In this document: positions 1-9,342 of the stretch, piece after piece | Layout of the letters: each line of letters begins with the position of its first letter | Position numbering within the stretch: position 1 is the first letter of the stretch | Assembly: GCF_006345805.1 (NCBI RefSeq) | Contig: NW_021824252.1 | Span: forward strand, 1 to 19,433 | Direction of reading: 5' to 3' | Length of the DNA stretch: 19,433 bases | DNA from: Octopus sinensis | Taxonomy: Eukaryota | Made by a program: the position numbers and the translations under genes | Notes under the pieces: model-generated | What the model saw: the letters and a program-made list of their open reading frames with translations, nothing else | Database searches by the model: none | What the model was told of the DNA's origin: nothing

Positions 1-304
1 GAACACGTTGCTGTTAAAAGCAGCGATCCACCCGTGGAAGACTGGACCGAAGCCGGCGCCTTGAGAACAGCTGCTAGGTATCGATGGTCGACTCTATCGA
101 AGGCTTTACTCTGATCTAAATTGATCAAAGCCCCACCCGCGCCAGCGTTGTTACCCACCCTCTCTATGATGTAGCGCATGAGATGGAGATTATCGTGTAT
201 CGACCTGGTCGGCACGGCGCATGTCTGCACCTTGCCAATCAGCTTGTCCACGACAAGCGCCAATCTCTTGGCTAACACCTTGGCTAACACCATTGAGCAG
301 AGTG
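1..304 (-). mobile_element. 5'-truncated, frameshifted non-LTR retrotransposon (Tx1/L1-like) ORF2 reverse transcriptase fragment; continues beyond window start
   Basis: Manual minus-strand translation: TLLN / VLAKVLAKRLALVVDKLIGKVQTCAVPTRSIHDNLHLMRYIIERVGNNAGAGGALINLDQSKAFDRVDHRYLAAVLKA, then a frameshift near 57 to AGFGPVFHGWIAAF. LDQxKAFDRVDH and QTCAVPxRSIxDN are typical Tx1/L1 RT motifs. Confidence 0.92.
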
Positions 305-709
305 TAACAATAACAGGACATCACGACTAGGACGAATTAAACTCAGCTGGCGTGTTAGGAATGTGCCTTGGGGCAGAGAAAAAAAATGTTGATGTTACCA
401 CGACCGCTGCCGGACTCAAATCAGTGACAGTGGTTACTGGGAAAAACATTAAATAGATATTCACAAACAGGTCTCTCCTCATCGAAAACCGGTAATTACC
501 GTACGTTGACAAGGGGCAAAACCTCGAAACTGCAGTCCGTGCGTATCACTTAGGTTTACGAGAGGGGATGACCTCCCTTTGCAAATATCATAAGGGCACA
601 GAAAGTGTGCCTAAAGCCAGCTGGAGACGATGATCTCCTGGGGCTAAAAGCTACAGTAACACCCACCCTTAGTGGTTAGCTATATTGAGATGGCTAGTAT
701 ACTTTACGT

Positions 710-801
710 TATATTATTATTATATATATACATATATATATATTTTACACACACACACACGCGCACACACACACACATATATATATATGTGTGTGTATGT
801 A
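710..801. repeat. Compound (TA)n/(CA)n/(TG)n microsatellite
   Basis: Directly visible. Confidence 0.95.
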
Positions 802-1028
802 TTAAGCTATGTATTTAGCGCTTAATTTGATGTAGATTGTTGTCAGCGGGTATTTTAACTTAAAGGTACAGTACTCAGCTGGAATTCGAGGGATGTGAGC
901 TCGAGTCCCGTGGATGTCTGTTGACAACTTTTTTTCCATCTTATAAGGGTAATAATACCCGATCTTTCTGCTAATTTCACGACTATACTGGGTTCGAAAT
1001 ATTACCTTCTCTGTATAATACGATACAA

Positions 1029-1151
1029 CTAGCGGTTCGGCAAAACAGATCGATATAATAAATACTAGGTTTACAAAGAATAAGTCCTGGGGTAGATTTC
1101 TTCGACTAAAGACGGTGTTCAAATGACTGAAACAAATAAAAGAATAAAAGA
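1029..1151 (+). mobile_element. 3' fragment of SINE family A
   Basis: Matches 1472-1603 (TAGCGGTTCGGCAAAA...AAATGACTGAAACAA), with a (TAAAAGA)-type tail. Confidence 0.85.
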
Positions 1152-1175
1152 AATATGTGGTTATATATATTCACA

Positions 1176-1338
1176 GACGCAGGAGTGGCTGTGTGGTAAG
1201 TAGCTTGCTAACCAACCACATGGTTCCGGGTTCAGTCCCACTGCGTGGCATCTTAGGCAAGTGTCTTCTGCTATAGCCCCGGGCCGACCAATGCCTTGTG
1301 AGTGGATTTGGTAAACGGAAAACTGAAAGAAGCCTGTC

Positions 1339-1393
<55 letters not shown>

Positions 1394-1603
1394 ATATATA
1401 TATGTAGGTGTTGTGTTGTGTGTCCCCAGCATGCTTGACAACCGATGCTGGTGTGTTTACATCGCCGTCACTTAGCGGTTCGGCAAAAGAGACCGATAGA
1501 AGAGTACTGGGCTTACAAAAGAATAAGTCCCGGGGTCGATTTGCTCGACTAAAAGGCGGTGCTCCAGCATGGCCGCAGTCAAATGACTGAAACAAGTAAA
1601 AGA
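1176..1603 (+). mobile_element. Full-length tRNA-derived SINE, family A (octopus OR-like, CORE-like segment, internal microsatellite)
   Basis: A-box TGGCTGTGTGG (1186-1196), B-box GGTTCAGTCCC (1229-1239), CORE-like TTAGGCAAGTGTCTTC, internal (TA)n at 1340-1402. Highly similar to 15683-16100. Confidence 0.9.
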
Positions 1604-1657
1604 GAGACACACAGATACATTCGTATATAACAATACCAGGGTGCAATCTCTATCAAT

Positions 1658-1842
1658 CCTTTTTACTATAGGCCTAAGGCCTGAAATTTGTGAGGAGGGG
1701 ACTAGTCGATTACATCGACCCCAATACTCAACTAGTATTTAATTTATCGACCTCGGCGGAATTTGAACTCACAACGTAAATATGGATCAAATGTCGCTAA
1801 GCATTTTGCTCGGCGTGCTAACGATTCTGCCAGCTCACCGTT
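1658..1842 (-). mobile_element. SINE family B (Meta/MESC-core-like) with internal deletion and 14-bp TSD
   Basis: Perfect flanking direct repeat CAATCTCTATCAAT at 1644-1657 and 1843-1856. Homologous to 5543-5760. B-box-like GAGTTCAAATTCC on the minus strand. Confidence 0.88.
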
Positions 1843-2287
1843 CAATCTCTATCAATGAGATAGCAACACAAGACTGAGGCAAACGAATTGTTTAATGAAG
1901 CCGGAGTATATAAACAGCCGAAAGACAAGCTACACAAAAGACGGAGTATGAGCGGGTGGATGGGAGCACTGGTGAGAAGGTGACAGTGGGTGGAGTGTGC
2001 AGGCATTTAGGGTTTGCTGGCTAACTTGGTTGGCTGACGGGTGGGAAGGGTGGACTAATGGCTGAATGTGTGGCTTATGTATATAATTAGAAATTCTAAA
2101 GGCTTTTCTGGAATTTTCTACCCCTCTCTAACATCACCCTACTTTATCACCTCTCACTCTTGCTTTCCTCGCTCTCCCTGTTTCTCCTTCTTCCCCCCCT
2201 CCCGTCTCTTACGCCCTTCCACCCTCAATTTCACTCCATGTTTCTATGTTCATTAAAATGAAATGCAACGTGCTTCGTGTCTCCTGC

Positions 2288-2812
2288 GTATATATATTTA
2301 TTATGTATATGTATGTGTGTGTGTTTGTGTGAGTGTAGATATACGTCCATTCACACACACACACACATACACACACACACACCATACACTATACACTATG
2401 CACATACATATACACAAACACACACATACATATACTCGTGTACGCGCATGCATACAGTCGCGTGCCAAGAAAGCGAATGTGATTGCTTTTGCTGTCGCAC
2501 ATGGAACAGCACGGTGGTGAACGTACATACATACGGGTATGTATGTGTGTTTAGACAGAGAAAATACACACACACACACACACACACGTAATATATTATA
2601 TATATATGCATATGTATGTGTGTATATGTATGTGTGTGCATGTTTGTGTGTATATATGTGAACATAAATGAGAAATTGTGTATGAGTTGATGTAATATGT
2701 GTGTAATATGAACCTATATGTGCATGTATACTCATAAAGCCTCATATGTACGTTTGTAAGTTTGTTTTGTGTCAGTGTGTCTGTATGCGTAAGCGTGTAT
2801 GTGTGTGTGTGT

Positions 2813-2845
<33 letters not shown>
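2288..2845. repeat. Degenerate (TG)n/(CA)n/(TA)n microsatellite region
   Basis: Directly visible; explains the His/Thr and Cys/Val ORFs here. Confidence 0.9.
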
Positions 2846-3167
2846 CTAGAATTCGTCTTGTAAAGTATTTAGTATAACTTTCTTTGTCCTTGCTATCCAA
2901 ATGTATTCCGGTTAATAACTCGAGTTATTTCTTTCCACAAATTTTTATTTAAATTAAGCAAATTATGCGGCCCATAAATGCTTTTTACTCATTGTTTAGA
3001 TGCCTTGTGTCTAGTTGGAGTGAAGTTAGTGTGAAGCTAAGCGGATGACGCACAATGAGGCAGAGATATCCCTGGTTGCTAGAACAAAATGTATTTTCCT
3101 CAGTGGTATATTATAATTCTGGAGAATTGTTATCTCCGGTTTTCATTTAGATTTGATTACAATTGCA

Positions 3168-3640
3168 GCGAGGTGAAAAGCAAAGTTGACCTCGACGGAA
3201 TTCGACCACAGAATGCCAGATGGTGGATTAAACACTGCAAGGTATTTCGTCCAATGCTCTTTCTGACAACTCTGCCTGTTCACCGCATGGTTTTGGTACT
3301 CCGTTTTATCGATCCTGGAAGAGTAAAATGCGAAGTTAGTCTAAGGTGGACTTGAACTCACACTGTAGAGAGCCAGAATTTAATATTTCGAGGCATTTCG
3401 TTCGACACTAACGAGTTTGCCATTGCAATGCCGCCAGATAGATACTTCACTTATGACCAACAGAAGACTGAAAAGCAAAGCCAGTTCACTGCGTGGTACG
3501 CTATTTTTATTGATCCTGGAAAAGTGAAATGTGAAGTTAACCCCGGCGGGATTTGAACTCATAATGCAGAGAGTCGGAATTTAATACCTCTAAGAGATTC
3601 GTCCGACGCTGTAACGATTCCACCATTCCACTTACGCGCA
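3168..3640 (-). mobile_element. Three old tandem fragments of SINE family B (head plus core)
   Basis: Recurring GGTAC..TTTTAT(C/T)GATCCTGGAA..AAATG(C/T)GAAGTTA..TTGAACTCA..GAATTTAATA at ~3296 and ~3495, with a further partial copy at ~3170. Similar to 5622-5760. Confidence 0.75.
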
Positions 3641-3642
3641 GG

Positions 3643-3851
3643 TCTTTTATCTTTTATCGTTTACTTGTTTCAGTCATTAGACTGCGGCCATGCTGAGGCA
3701 CTGCTTTGGATAATTTTTAGTCGAATGAATCACTCACAATACTTATTTTTAAAATCCTGGTACTTATTCTATCGGACACTCTAGCCGAATTACTAAGTTA
3801 CGGAATCGGAAACACACCCGCACCGATCGTCAAGCGATGGTGGGACAAACA

Positions 3852-3890
<39 letters not shown>

Positions 3891-4051
3891 AAGGGCTTCT
3901 TTCAATTTCTGCCTGCCAAATACAGTCACTGTACTTTGGTCGGCCTGAGGCTATAGTAGAAGACACTTGCCCTAAGTGCTACGGAGTGGGACTGAACCCA
4001 GAACCATGTGGTCGGGAAACAACTTTTTTACCACACAGCCATGCCTACTCC
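3643..4051 (-). mobile_element. Full-length SINE family A, with internal (CA)n
   Basis: Reverse complement of 1176-1603 (TTACTTGTTTCAGTCATT...GTGGGACTGAACCC...ACCACACAGCCA). Confidence 0.9.
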
Positions 4052-4149
4052 AGATAGATACTTCATTAATCGCAAACGAAAAGATGAAAAGCTAGGATGA
4101 CTATAAAAACCAGTAGAAAATAGAGATTTAACTAGTCTATAATGCTATC

Positions 4150-4402
4150 GTGGAGGCGCGTGGCTTAGTGGTTAAGGTGTCAGCATCATGATCGTAAGAT
4201 TGTGGTTTCGATTCCTGGACCGGGTGACGCGTCGTGTTCTTGAGCAAAATACTTCATTTCACGATGCTCCAGTCCAGTCAGCTAGCAAAAATGAGTAATG
4301 CTGCGATGGACTGGCGTCCCATCCAGCTGGGGAACACATACGCTTATGAAACCTGGAAACCGGGCCCATGAGCCTGGCTGAGCTTTAAAAGGGCACATTT
4401 AT
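4150..4402 (+). mobile_element. tRNA-derived SINE family C (CORE-like plus V-domain-like) with 12-bp TSD
   Basis: A-box TGGCTTAGTGG (4161-4171), B-box GGTTTCGATTCC (~4204-4215), V-SINE-like CTGCGATGGACTGGCGTCCCATCCAG. TSD TATAATGCTATC at 4138-4149 and 4403-4414. Confidence 0.88.
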
Positions 4403-4816
4403 TATAATGCTATCAATGGATAGTTATGTGAGGACTTATTAAAGCGAGCCTATAAAATAATTTTTTGTTTTCCTCGGGCGAAGTTTAACTCTTGTCTTGT
4501 CTCATTTTCGCGTTCATTTTTACAATACAAGTATTACTCAACCCAACAGAATTTTATCAGAAAATTTTTACCTGATATTAAGGTTTCTTTTTCTTTCCTT
4601 TCCTTTTTTCTTTCTTTCTTTTTTTTTTTTTTTTGATATGCTTAATCCAAAAATGGAATCCGTTCCTTTTTTTACCATTACATTTAGATTTCAAAATAAC
4701 CCCTACCCAATATTTTACCTCATTTTTCAGAAAAATGCAATATATATATGAAATTCAGTACAAGTGTTTATTACAATTTATTTATTCTGCTTCTTAATGG
4801 AAATATATTGACCTCT

Positions 4817-5865
4817 GGGCCACTGCTCACTCTGCAAAACTAGCAAAGAAATATGAAGTCGTGAAAGCAGTGCTAGAGAAAATTAAGTACCTCAATCATC
4901 AGTGACATGCGTAGACTTTAAGAGGTCAGTTTTCTCCTGCGACAACAAAGTGGACACGCCAAATACTCATGCTTTTCCTGTATGTGGGGCAACACAGCTA
5001 TGGTAAAGCATTAGGTGATCAAAGAATGGCCGCAGCAAGCATTAGTTACAGGGTCTTTTAATATGGTTGAAGAGCTTTTAGTTGAACTGGGAGAAATCAT
5101 CCTACCTCTACTCCACATCAAATTTGGTATTACGAAGCAGTTTGGACTATGCTTTCATTACATCTACAGCACATTTCTCGGTCTAAGCAGTGCAAAAATA
5201 AAAACATGAGAATTTCATGAGCCACAAATCACTAAATTGATGAAAGATGGGAACTGTGAATCCAATGAATTTCATTGAAGCAGCAGCATGGAATTCGTTT
5301 ATGATTTTAAATTACTTTCTGGGCAACAAGAAAACAGCCAATTATGTCGAAATAATCGACAACATGCTGAAGAACTTTCAAAAGTTGTGAGTAAATATGA
5401 ACACAAAGCTACACTCCCGCCACAGCCACCTAGATAAATTCCTTGAAAATCTTGGTGCCGCAAGTGACAAACTGGCAAAATGTTTCCATCAGAACATAAC
5501 ATCAATGGAACAAAAGTATCAGGTCAGATGGGATTTACATATAATGGTTTCAAATTCTGGCACAAGGCTAACAGTTTGCGGGGAAGGATTAAGTCGATTA
5601 CATCGACCCCAGTGTTTAACAGGTACTTATTTTATTGACACCGAAAGGATGAAAGGCAAAGTTGCCCTCAGCTTCATTTGAACTCAGAACATAAAGACGG
5701 ACGAAATTCTGCTAAGCATTTTGCCCAGTGCACTAACGATTCTGCCAGCTTGCCGCCTTAAAGAACTTTCATATGATGGCAGACTAATGCTGGAACTTGG
5801 CTCGGGATCTTCCTGAGGTTTAGCACTCAAGAAAATCACCCAAACGCGAATTCATGAGAAGTTAG
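4817..5865 (+). pseudogene. Transposase pseudogene (C-terminal catalytic half), with multiple stops and frameshifts and a SINE insertion
   Basis: Pieces read AHSAKLAKKYEVVKAVLEKIKYLNHQ*, CVDFK/VSFLLRQQSGHAKYSCFSCMW, IILPLLHIKFGITKQF, PQITKLMKD, EAAAWNSF, FLGNKKTANY, HSHLDKFLENLGAASDKLAKCFHQNITSMEQKYQVRW and MMAD*CWNLARD. These match the LPPLHIKLG...HLDFFPENLGAVSDEHGERFHQDI...MLADYCW transposase family. Confidence 0.9.
5543..5760 (-). mobile_element. Full-length SINE family B (Meta/MESC-core-like) inserted in the transposase
   Basis: Minus strand reads GGCGGCAAGCTGGCAGAATCGTTAG...GAGTTCAAAT...GCCTTTCATCCTTTCGGTGTCAATAAAATAAGTACC. Approximate TSD CATAT(A/G)ATGG at 5538-5547 and 5770-5779. The transposase frame resumes after it. 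Confidence 0.88.
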
Positions 5866-6291
5866 ACATAATCATTGACGTAAATTGCTAGTAGGAATTT
5901 TAGGGTTTTTACTAGTTTTTCAGTAGTTTGGTGAAAAACCAATTTTTATGTATGTTTGTATATTATGCCTTGTTACTCACAAGTTATTTTATTGAAAAAA
6001 AAAACCAAATTAAATTCTATGGCTACTGCATCTTAAAATCTTGACTTGATGGCAACAAATGGATGTCATTTTTGCACTCTGTGTCAAAAAAAAAAAAAAC
6101 CTAGTTCCGGTCCAAATCTTTTGAGAAGACGGAATTTTTGTTTTTGTTGTCCTGTGTTATTCCAGTGACCTATCTACTAGAATTATTTTCCTAATACTAA
6201 TTACAGTCAGAATATCGAGCAGAATTATTTGTTTCTCTAGTTATTTATTCGATTTTCTCCATCTAGCGTCTGTAAGGTTTACAAAACTGAC

Positions 6292-6361
6292 ATTTGAACT
6301 CAGAACATCAGAATAAATGCAGAGAGGAATTTTCTCCGATGCGCTAACGACTCTGCCAATT
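6292..6361 (-). mobile_element. SINE family B head fragment
   Basis: ATTTGAACTCAGAACAT...GCTAACGACTCTGCCA matches 5676-5748. Confidence 0.7.
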
Positions 6362-6442
6362 TTGAATAAACTAAGCATGCATTTACCTACATCACTGTCT
6401 CGTCACCGAACTAAGAGTTGCTGCCAAAATGTTCCCCTTACC

Positions 6443-6940
6443 TCCACTGCCGCTACACCGCCGCCACCACCACCACCACCACCATCACCAACAACAACAA
6501 CATTAAGATTGCCAGGAAGAAAACCAAACCGAGGTGAGAATTCTAACCATTTTCACCGTTACTGAACTAATTCAACCGAATTTTAGTAATTTCATTCATT
6601 AAACCGTCTTGTTAATTGGCGCTACTGTTGTTATTGGTGTCGTTGCTGTCTTTAATAGGCAGTAGTGGAAGCAGTGGTGGTGGTGGTGGTGGCGGCGGCG
6701 GCGGCGGCGTCAATGGTGGTTGTGTTACTGCTGGTGGTGGTGGTTCTGGTAGTGGCGGTCACGATGGTGTTAATTGCTGGTGGTGGTGGTGGCGGCGGCG
6801 GCGGCGGTGGCGAAGGTAGTGGTATTGGTATTACTGTGACATTGACGGTGTTGGTGGAGGCAGTGGTGATAGTGAAAGTGGTGGCGGTAGTGAGAGCAGC
6901 AACCTTTATGGTGGTGGCGACGGCAGCGGAGGCGGTGTTT
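6443..6940. repeat. Trinucleotide low-complexity tracts: (CCG/CCA/CAA)n at 6443-6502 and (GGT/GGC)n at ~6615-6940
   Basis: Directly visible. Confidence 0.9.
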
Positions 6941-7344
6941 AGCTCCAGTGCAACACATCATCCAACAAACCTGTCATCAAAGCTGTTCTAGCTGTAACTA
7001 TCCAGTAATTTATTTCAGACTTAAATGTATCTAGGAATAAATTATTTGAAGTGTCCTTCTATTATTTCAAGTACGTATTGTATGATTTGAAGGGTGTTTG
7101 GTTGCTACGTTTAACAAGTCAAGCGCCCGAGTAAAGGGTTCTGTCTTTTATCGTAATTCAGGCTATAATATAGACCAGTGATTCTAACCGGGGTCCATAT
7201 GGCCCTTGGCGGGGGTCCACATAAGATTTTATTGTTAAAATTTATGCGCAATAAATCGCTTATACTTCTACAATACACGAAATATTTTAATTTTTTTTTC
7301 ATACAGATCCTAACTAGATGGCACTCCGGCAGTTACAACAAAAG

Positions 7345-7649
7345 TTCCAGTTTTGATCCAATCAACGTAAAAACCAGCTCGTGAAATTAACGTGCAAGTG
7401 GCTGAGCACTCCAAAGACACGCGAATCCTTAACGCAGTTCTCAGGGAAATTCAATGTGACACAGAATGTGACAAGGCCGGTTCTTTAGATTACAGGGTGC
7501 AACTCACATTTGCCAGTTGACTGGACTGGAGCAACGTGAAATAAAGTGTCTTCTTCAAGGATACAACGCAGAGCTAAGAATCGAACTCACAACCATACGA
7601 TTTACGATCGTGAACAGAATACCCAAACCACTAAGCCAAGTGTCTTCAC
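7345..7649 (-). mobile_element. tRNA-derived SINE family D (same head and CORE-like part as family C, different 3' half)
   Basis: Minus strand reads TGGCTTAGTGG...GAGTTCGATTC...ACACTTTATTTCACGTTGCTCCAGTCCAGTCA, as in 4161-4290, then diverges. Confidence 0.82.
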
Positions 7650-7859
7650 TTACAACTTCTTTTATTCTTTTACTTGTTTCCGTCATTTGACTGCGGCCAT
7701 GCTGGAACACCGCCTTAAAGTGTTTTTTGTTGAACAATTCGATCCCAAGACTTATTTTTATGCCTAGTACTTGTTCTATCGATTTCTTTGCCGAACCGCT
7801 AAGTTACGGAAACGTAAATACACCAACACTGGCTGTCAAGAAACAGATGCACAAAGAAT

Positions 7860-7925
<66 letters not shown>

Positions 7926-8109
7926 TATATATATATATATATATATATATTACATACATATATATATAACTTATAAATAAGGGAAAAAAAAAAATTTTAA
8001 TGCCAAATATGCCGAAAATTGGAGATATTGTCCATTACCATATAATTTATCACAATACGCACGCTACTCGAAAAAAAAAGCCGACAGAAATTTCTAAAAA
8101 ATTCCATTA

Positions 8110-8177
8110 TTACCATATCGGACCGATTTCAGGGTTAGTTCGTAAGAACCCTCCTTCGTCAGTGATAAATGTGGCAA
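8110..8177 (-). ncRNA. Type I hammerhead ribozyme (mirror copy, one G shorter in stem II)
   Basis: Minus strand: TTGCCA CATT TATCA CTGACGA AGGAGGGTTCTTACGAACTAACCCT GAAA TCGG TC CGATA TGGTAA. Confidence 0.7.
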
Positions 8178-8203
8178 AGAAATAAAGTATTTCATTTATT
8201 TCT

Positions 8204-8272
8204 TTACCACATTTATCACTGACGAAGGGAGGGTTCTTACGAACTAACCCTGAAATCGGTCCGATATGGTAA
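8204..8272 (+). ncRNA. Type I hammerhead ribozyme, minimal stem III
   Basis: CTGACGA 8219-8225. Stem II AGGG/CCCT plus GTTC/GAAC. GAAA 8252-8255, near-palindromic TCGG, cleavage triplet GTC 8259-8261. Stem I TATC/GATA plus TTACCA/TGGTAA with a CATT bulge, and an A.C mismatch next to the core. Confidence 0.8.
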
Positions 8273-8701
8273 TAATGGAATTTTTTAGAAATTTCTGTCG
8301 GCTTTTTTTTTCGAGTAGCGTGCGTATTGTGATAAATTATATGGTAATGGACAATATGTCCAATTTTCGGCATATTTGGCACTAGAAATTTTTTCGTTTG
8401 CTCTTATTTATAAGTTGTTTATAATTTTAACCGTTAAAGGTATTTTTTAATATGCTGGCCATTGATAAAATTTTTTTTTTTCGAAATATTTATATATAAA
8501 TATTTTAAAATATATATATATTTTAATATATATAATATATATACGACAGGCTTCTTTCAGTTTCTGTCTACCACATCCATTCACAAGGCTTTGGTCGGCC
8601 CGAGGCTATAATAAAAGACACTTAACCAATGTGCCATGCAATGGGACTGAGCCCAAAACCATGTGGTTGGGAAGCAAGCTTCTTACCACACAGCCACACC
8701 T

Positions 8702-8845
8702 TGCAGTGGATGAGCACCCCACAGACACGCGAAGCCTTAACGTAGTTCTCAGGGAGATTCAGCGTGACACAGAATGTGACCAGGCCGGCCCTTTGAAATG
8801 CAGGCACAGCTCACTTTTGCCAGTTAACTGAACTGGAGCAACGTG
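8702..8845 (-). mobile_element. Internal fragment of SINE family D
   Basis: Matches 7393-7538 (AGACACGCGAA..CCTTAACG..GTGACACAGAATGTGAC..CTGGAGCAACGTG). Confidence 0.85.
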
Positions 8846-9164
8846 TATATAATTACATTAATTTTTTTTATATACATCGAATGGCTGTGGGGGCCCAGGT
8901 GAGAAAAATAGGTTTCAAATGAGTTGATAGGCAAAAAATGATTGGGAACATCTGATACAGGGTCAGTGATAAGAGCAAATATAGTCCTTGGGCCTGTTGT
9001 TATTTAGTGCCGGGTCCAAACTGGTCCAACAAATTGCGAGCATTCATTGTATAAATGTAATCTTTCCTTCCCCCCACCTTCTCTGTTTCCCTCTCTTTTT
9101 TGAAGAGTGCGTTTACGTGTGCATATATATTCTTTATCTTTTACTCATTTTACTTCGAGCTCCT

Positions 9165-9308
9165 TGCAGTTTCCGTCTACCAGATCAACTCACAAAGTTA
9201 TCGCCGGTCCGAGGCTATAGCAGTAGACACTTGCCCAAGTTGCCACGCCGTTGGTTTGTACTGGAGCCATGCGCTCGGGAAACAAATTCCTTACCACACA
9301 CTCAAGCC
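9165..9308 (-). mobile_element. Degenerate 5' half of SINE family A
   Basis: CAGTTTCCGTCTACC..CTCACAA..GAGGCTATAGCAGTAGACACTTGCCCAAG..TTACCACAC. Confidence 0.8.

Positions 9309-9342
<34 letters not shown>

Larger units (their letters stand above)
4537..6156 (+). mobile_element. Decayed, internally deleted Chapaev3-like (CMC superfamily) DNA transposon
   Basis: Ends CTCAACCCAACA... and ...TGTTGTCCTGTG (degenerate CAC..CAACA TIR), each flanked by TTA (4534-4536, 6157-6159). Contains a transposase remnant. The superfamily assignment is from memory of the motifs. Confidence 0.72.
7968..8416. mobile_element. Fold-back element: ~220-bp inverted arms (7968-8186 / 8195-8416), 8-bp loop, hammerhead in each arm; Penelope pLTR-like
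   Basis: Arms are reverse complements with about 3 differences over 8001-8186. Loop is GTATTTCA. A unique extension runs to ~8500. (TA)n on both sides. Confidence 0.85.
7657..8700 (-). mobile_element. SINE family A split at its internal microsatellite (3' half 7657-~7850, 5' half 8543-8700) by a palindromic insertion
   Basis: Both halves are collinear with 3643-4051; the intervening ~7890-8540 is (TA)n plus the inverted repeat element. Confidence 0.88.
7176..8954. mobile_element. hAT (Charlie-like) MITE split by nested insertions; own sequence ~7176-7315 and ~8850-8954
   Basis: Left end CAGTGATTCTAACCGGGGTCC and right end AAAAAATGATTGGGAACATCTG are degenerate CAG..CTG TIRs with GGGG(T/C)CC subterminal motifs. 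The flanking 8-mers ATATAGAC and ATACAGGG match at only 5/8. Confidence 0.55.

Noticed and set aside
2983-3090. Acceptor-like TTTTTACTCATTGTTTAG suggesting an exon
   Set aside because: All three frames hit stops within ~50 nt and the donor is weak
3168-3640. CRISPR-like repeat-spacer array
   Set aside because: Eukaryotic context; units are long, diverged SINE fragments rather than short identical repeats with unique spacers
4150-4225. tRNA gene calls for A/B-box sequences (also 1176, 15683 and ~870-915)
   Set aside because: No full cloverleaf. The first three continue into SINE bodies, and the ~870-915 match is only a weak B-box-like motif.
6317-6991. Pro/Gly/Val/Ala-rich ORFs and a possible donor site AG|GTGAGA at ~6533
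   Set aside because: ORFs are explained by trinucleotide repeats, there is no recognisable domain, and there is no convincing acceptor
8000-8382. Two near-identical ORFs on opposite strands
   Set aside because: A by-product of the inverted repeat; no protein similarity recognised
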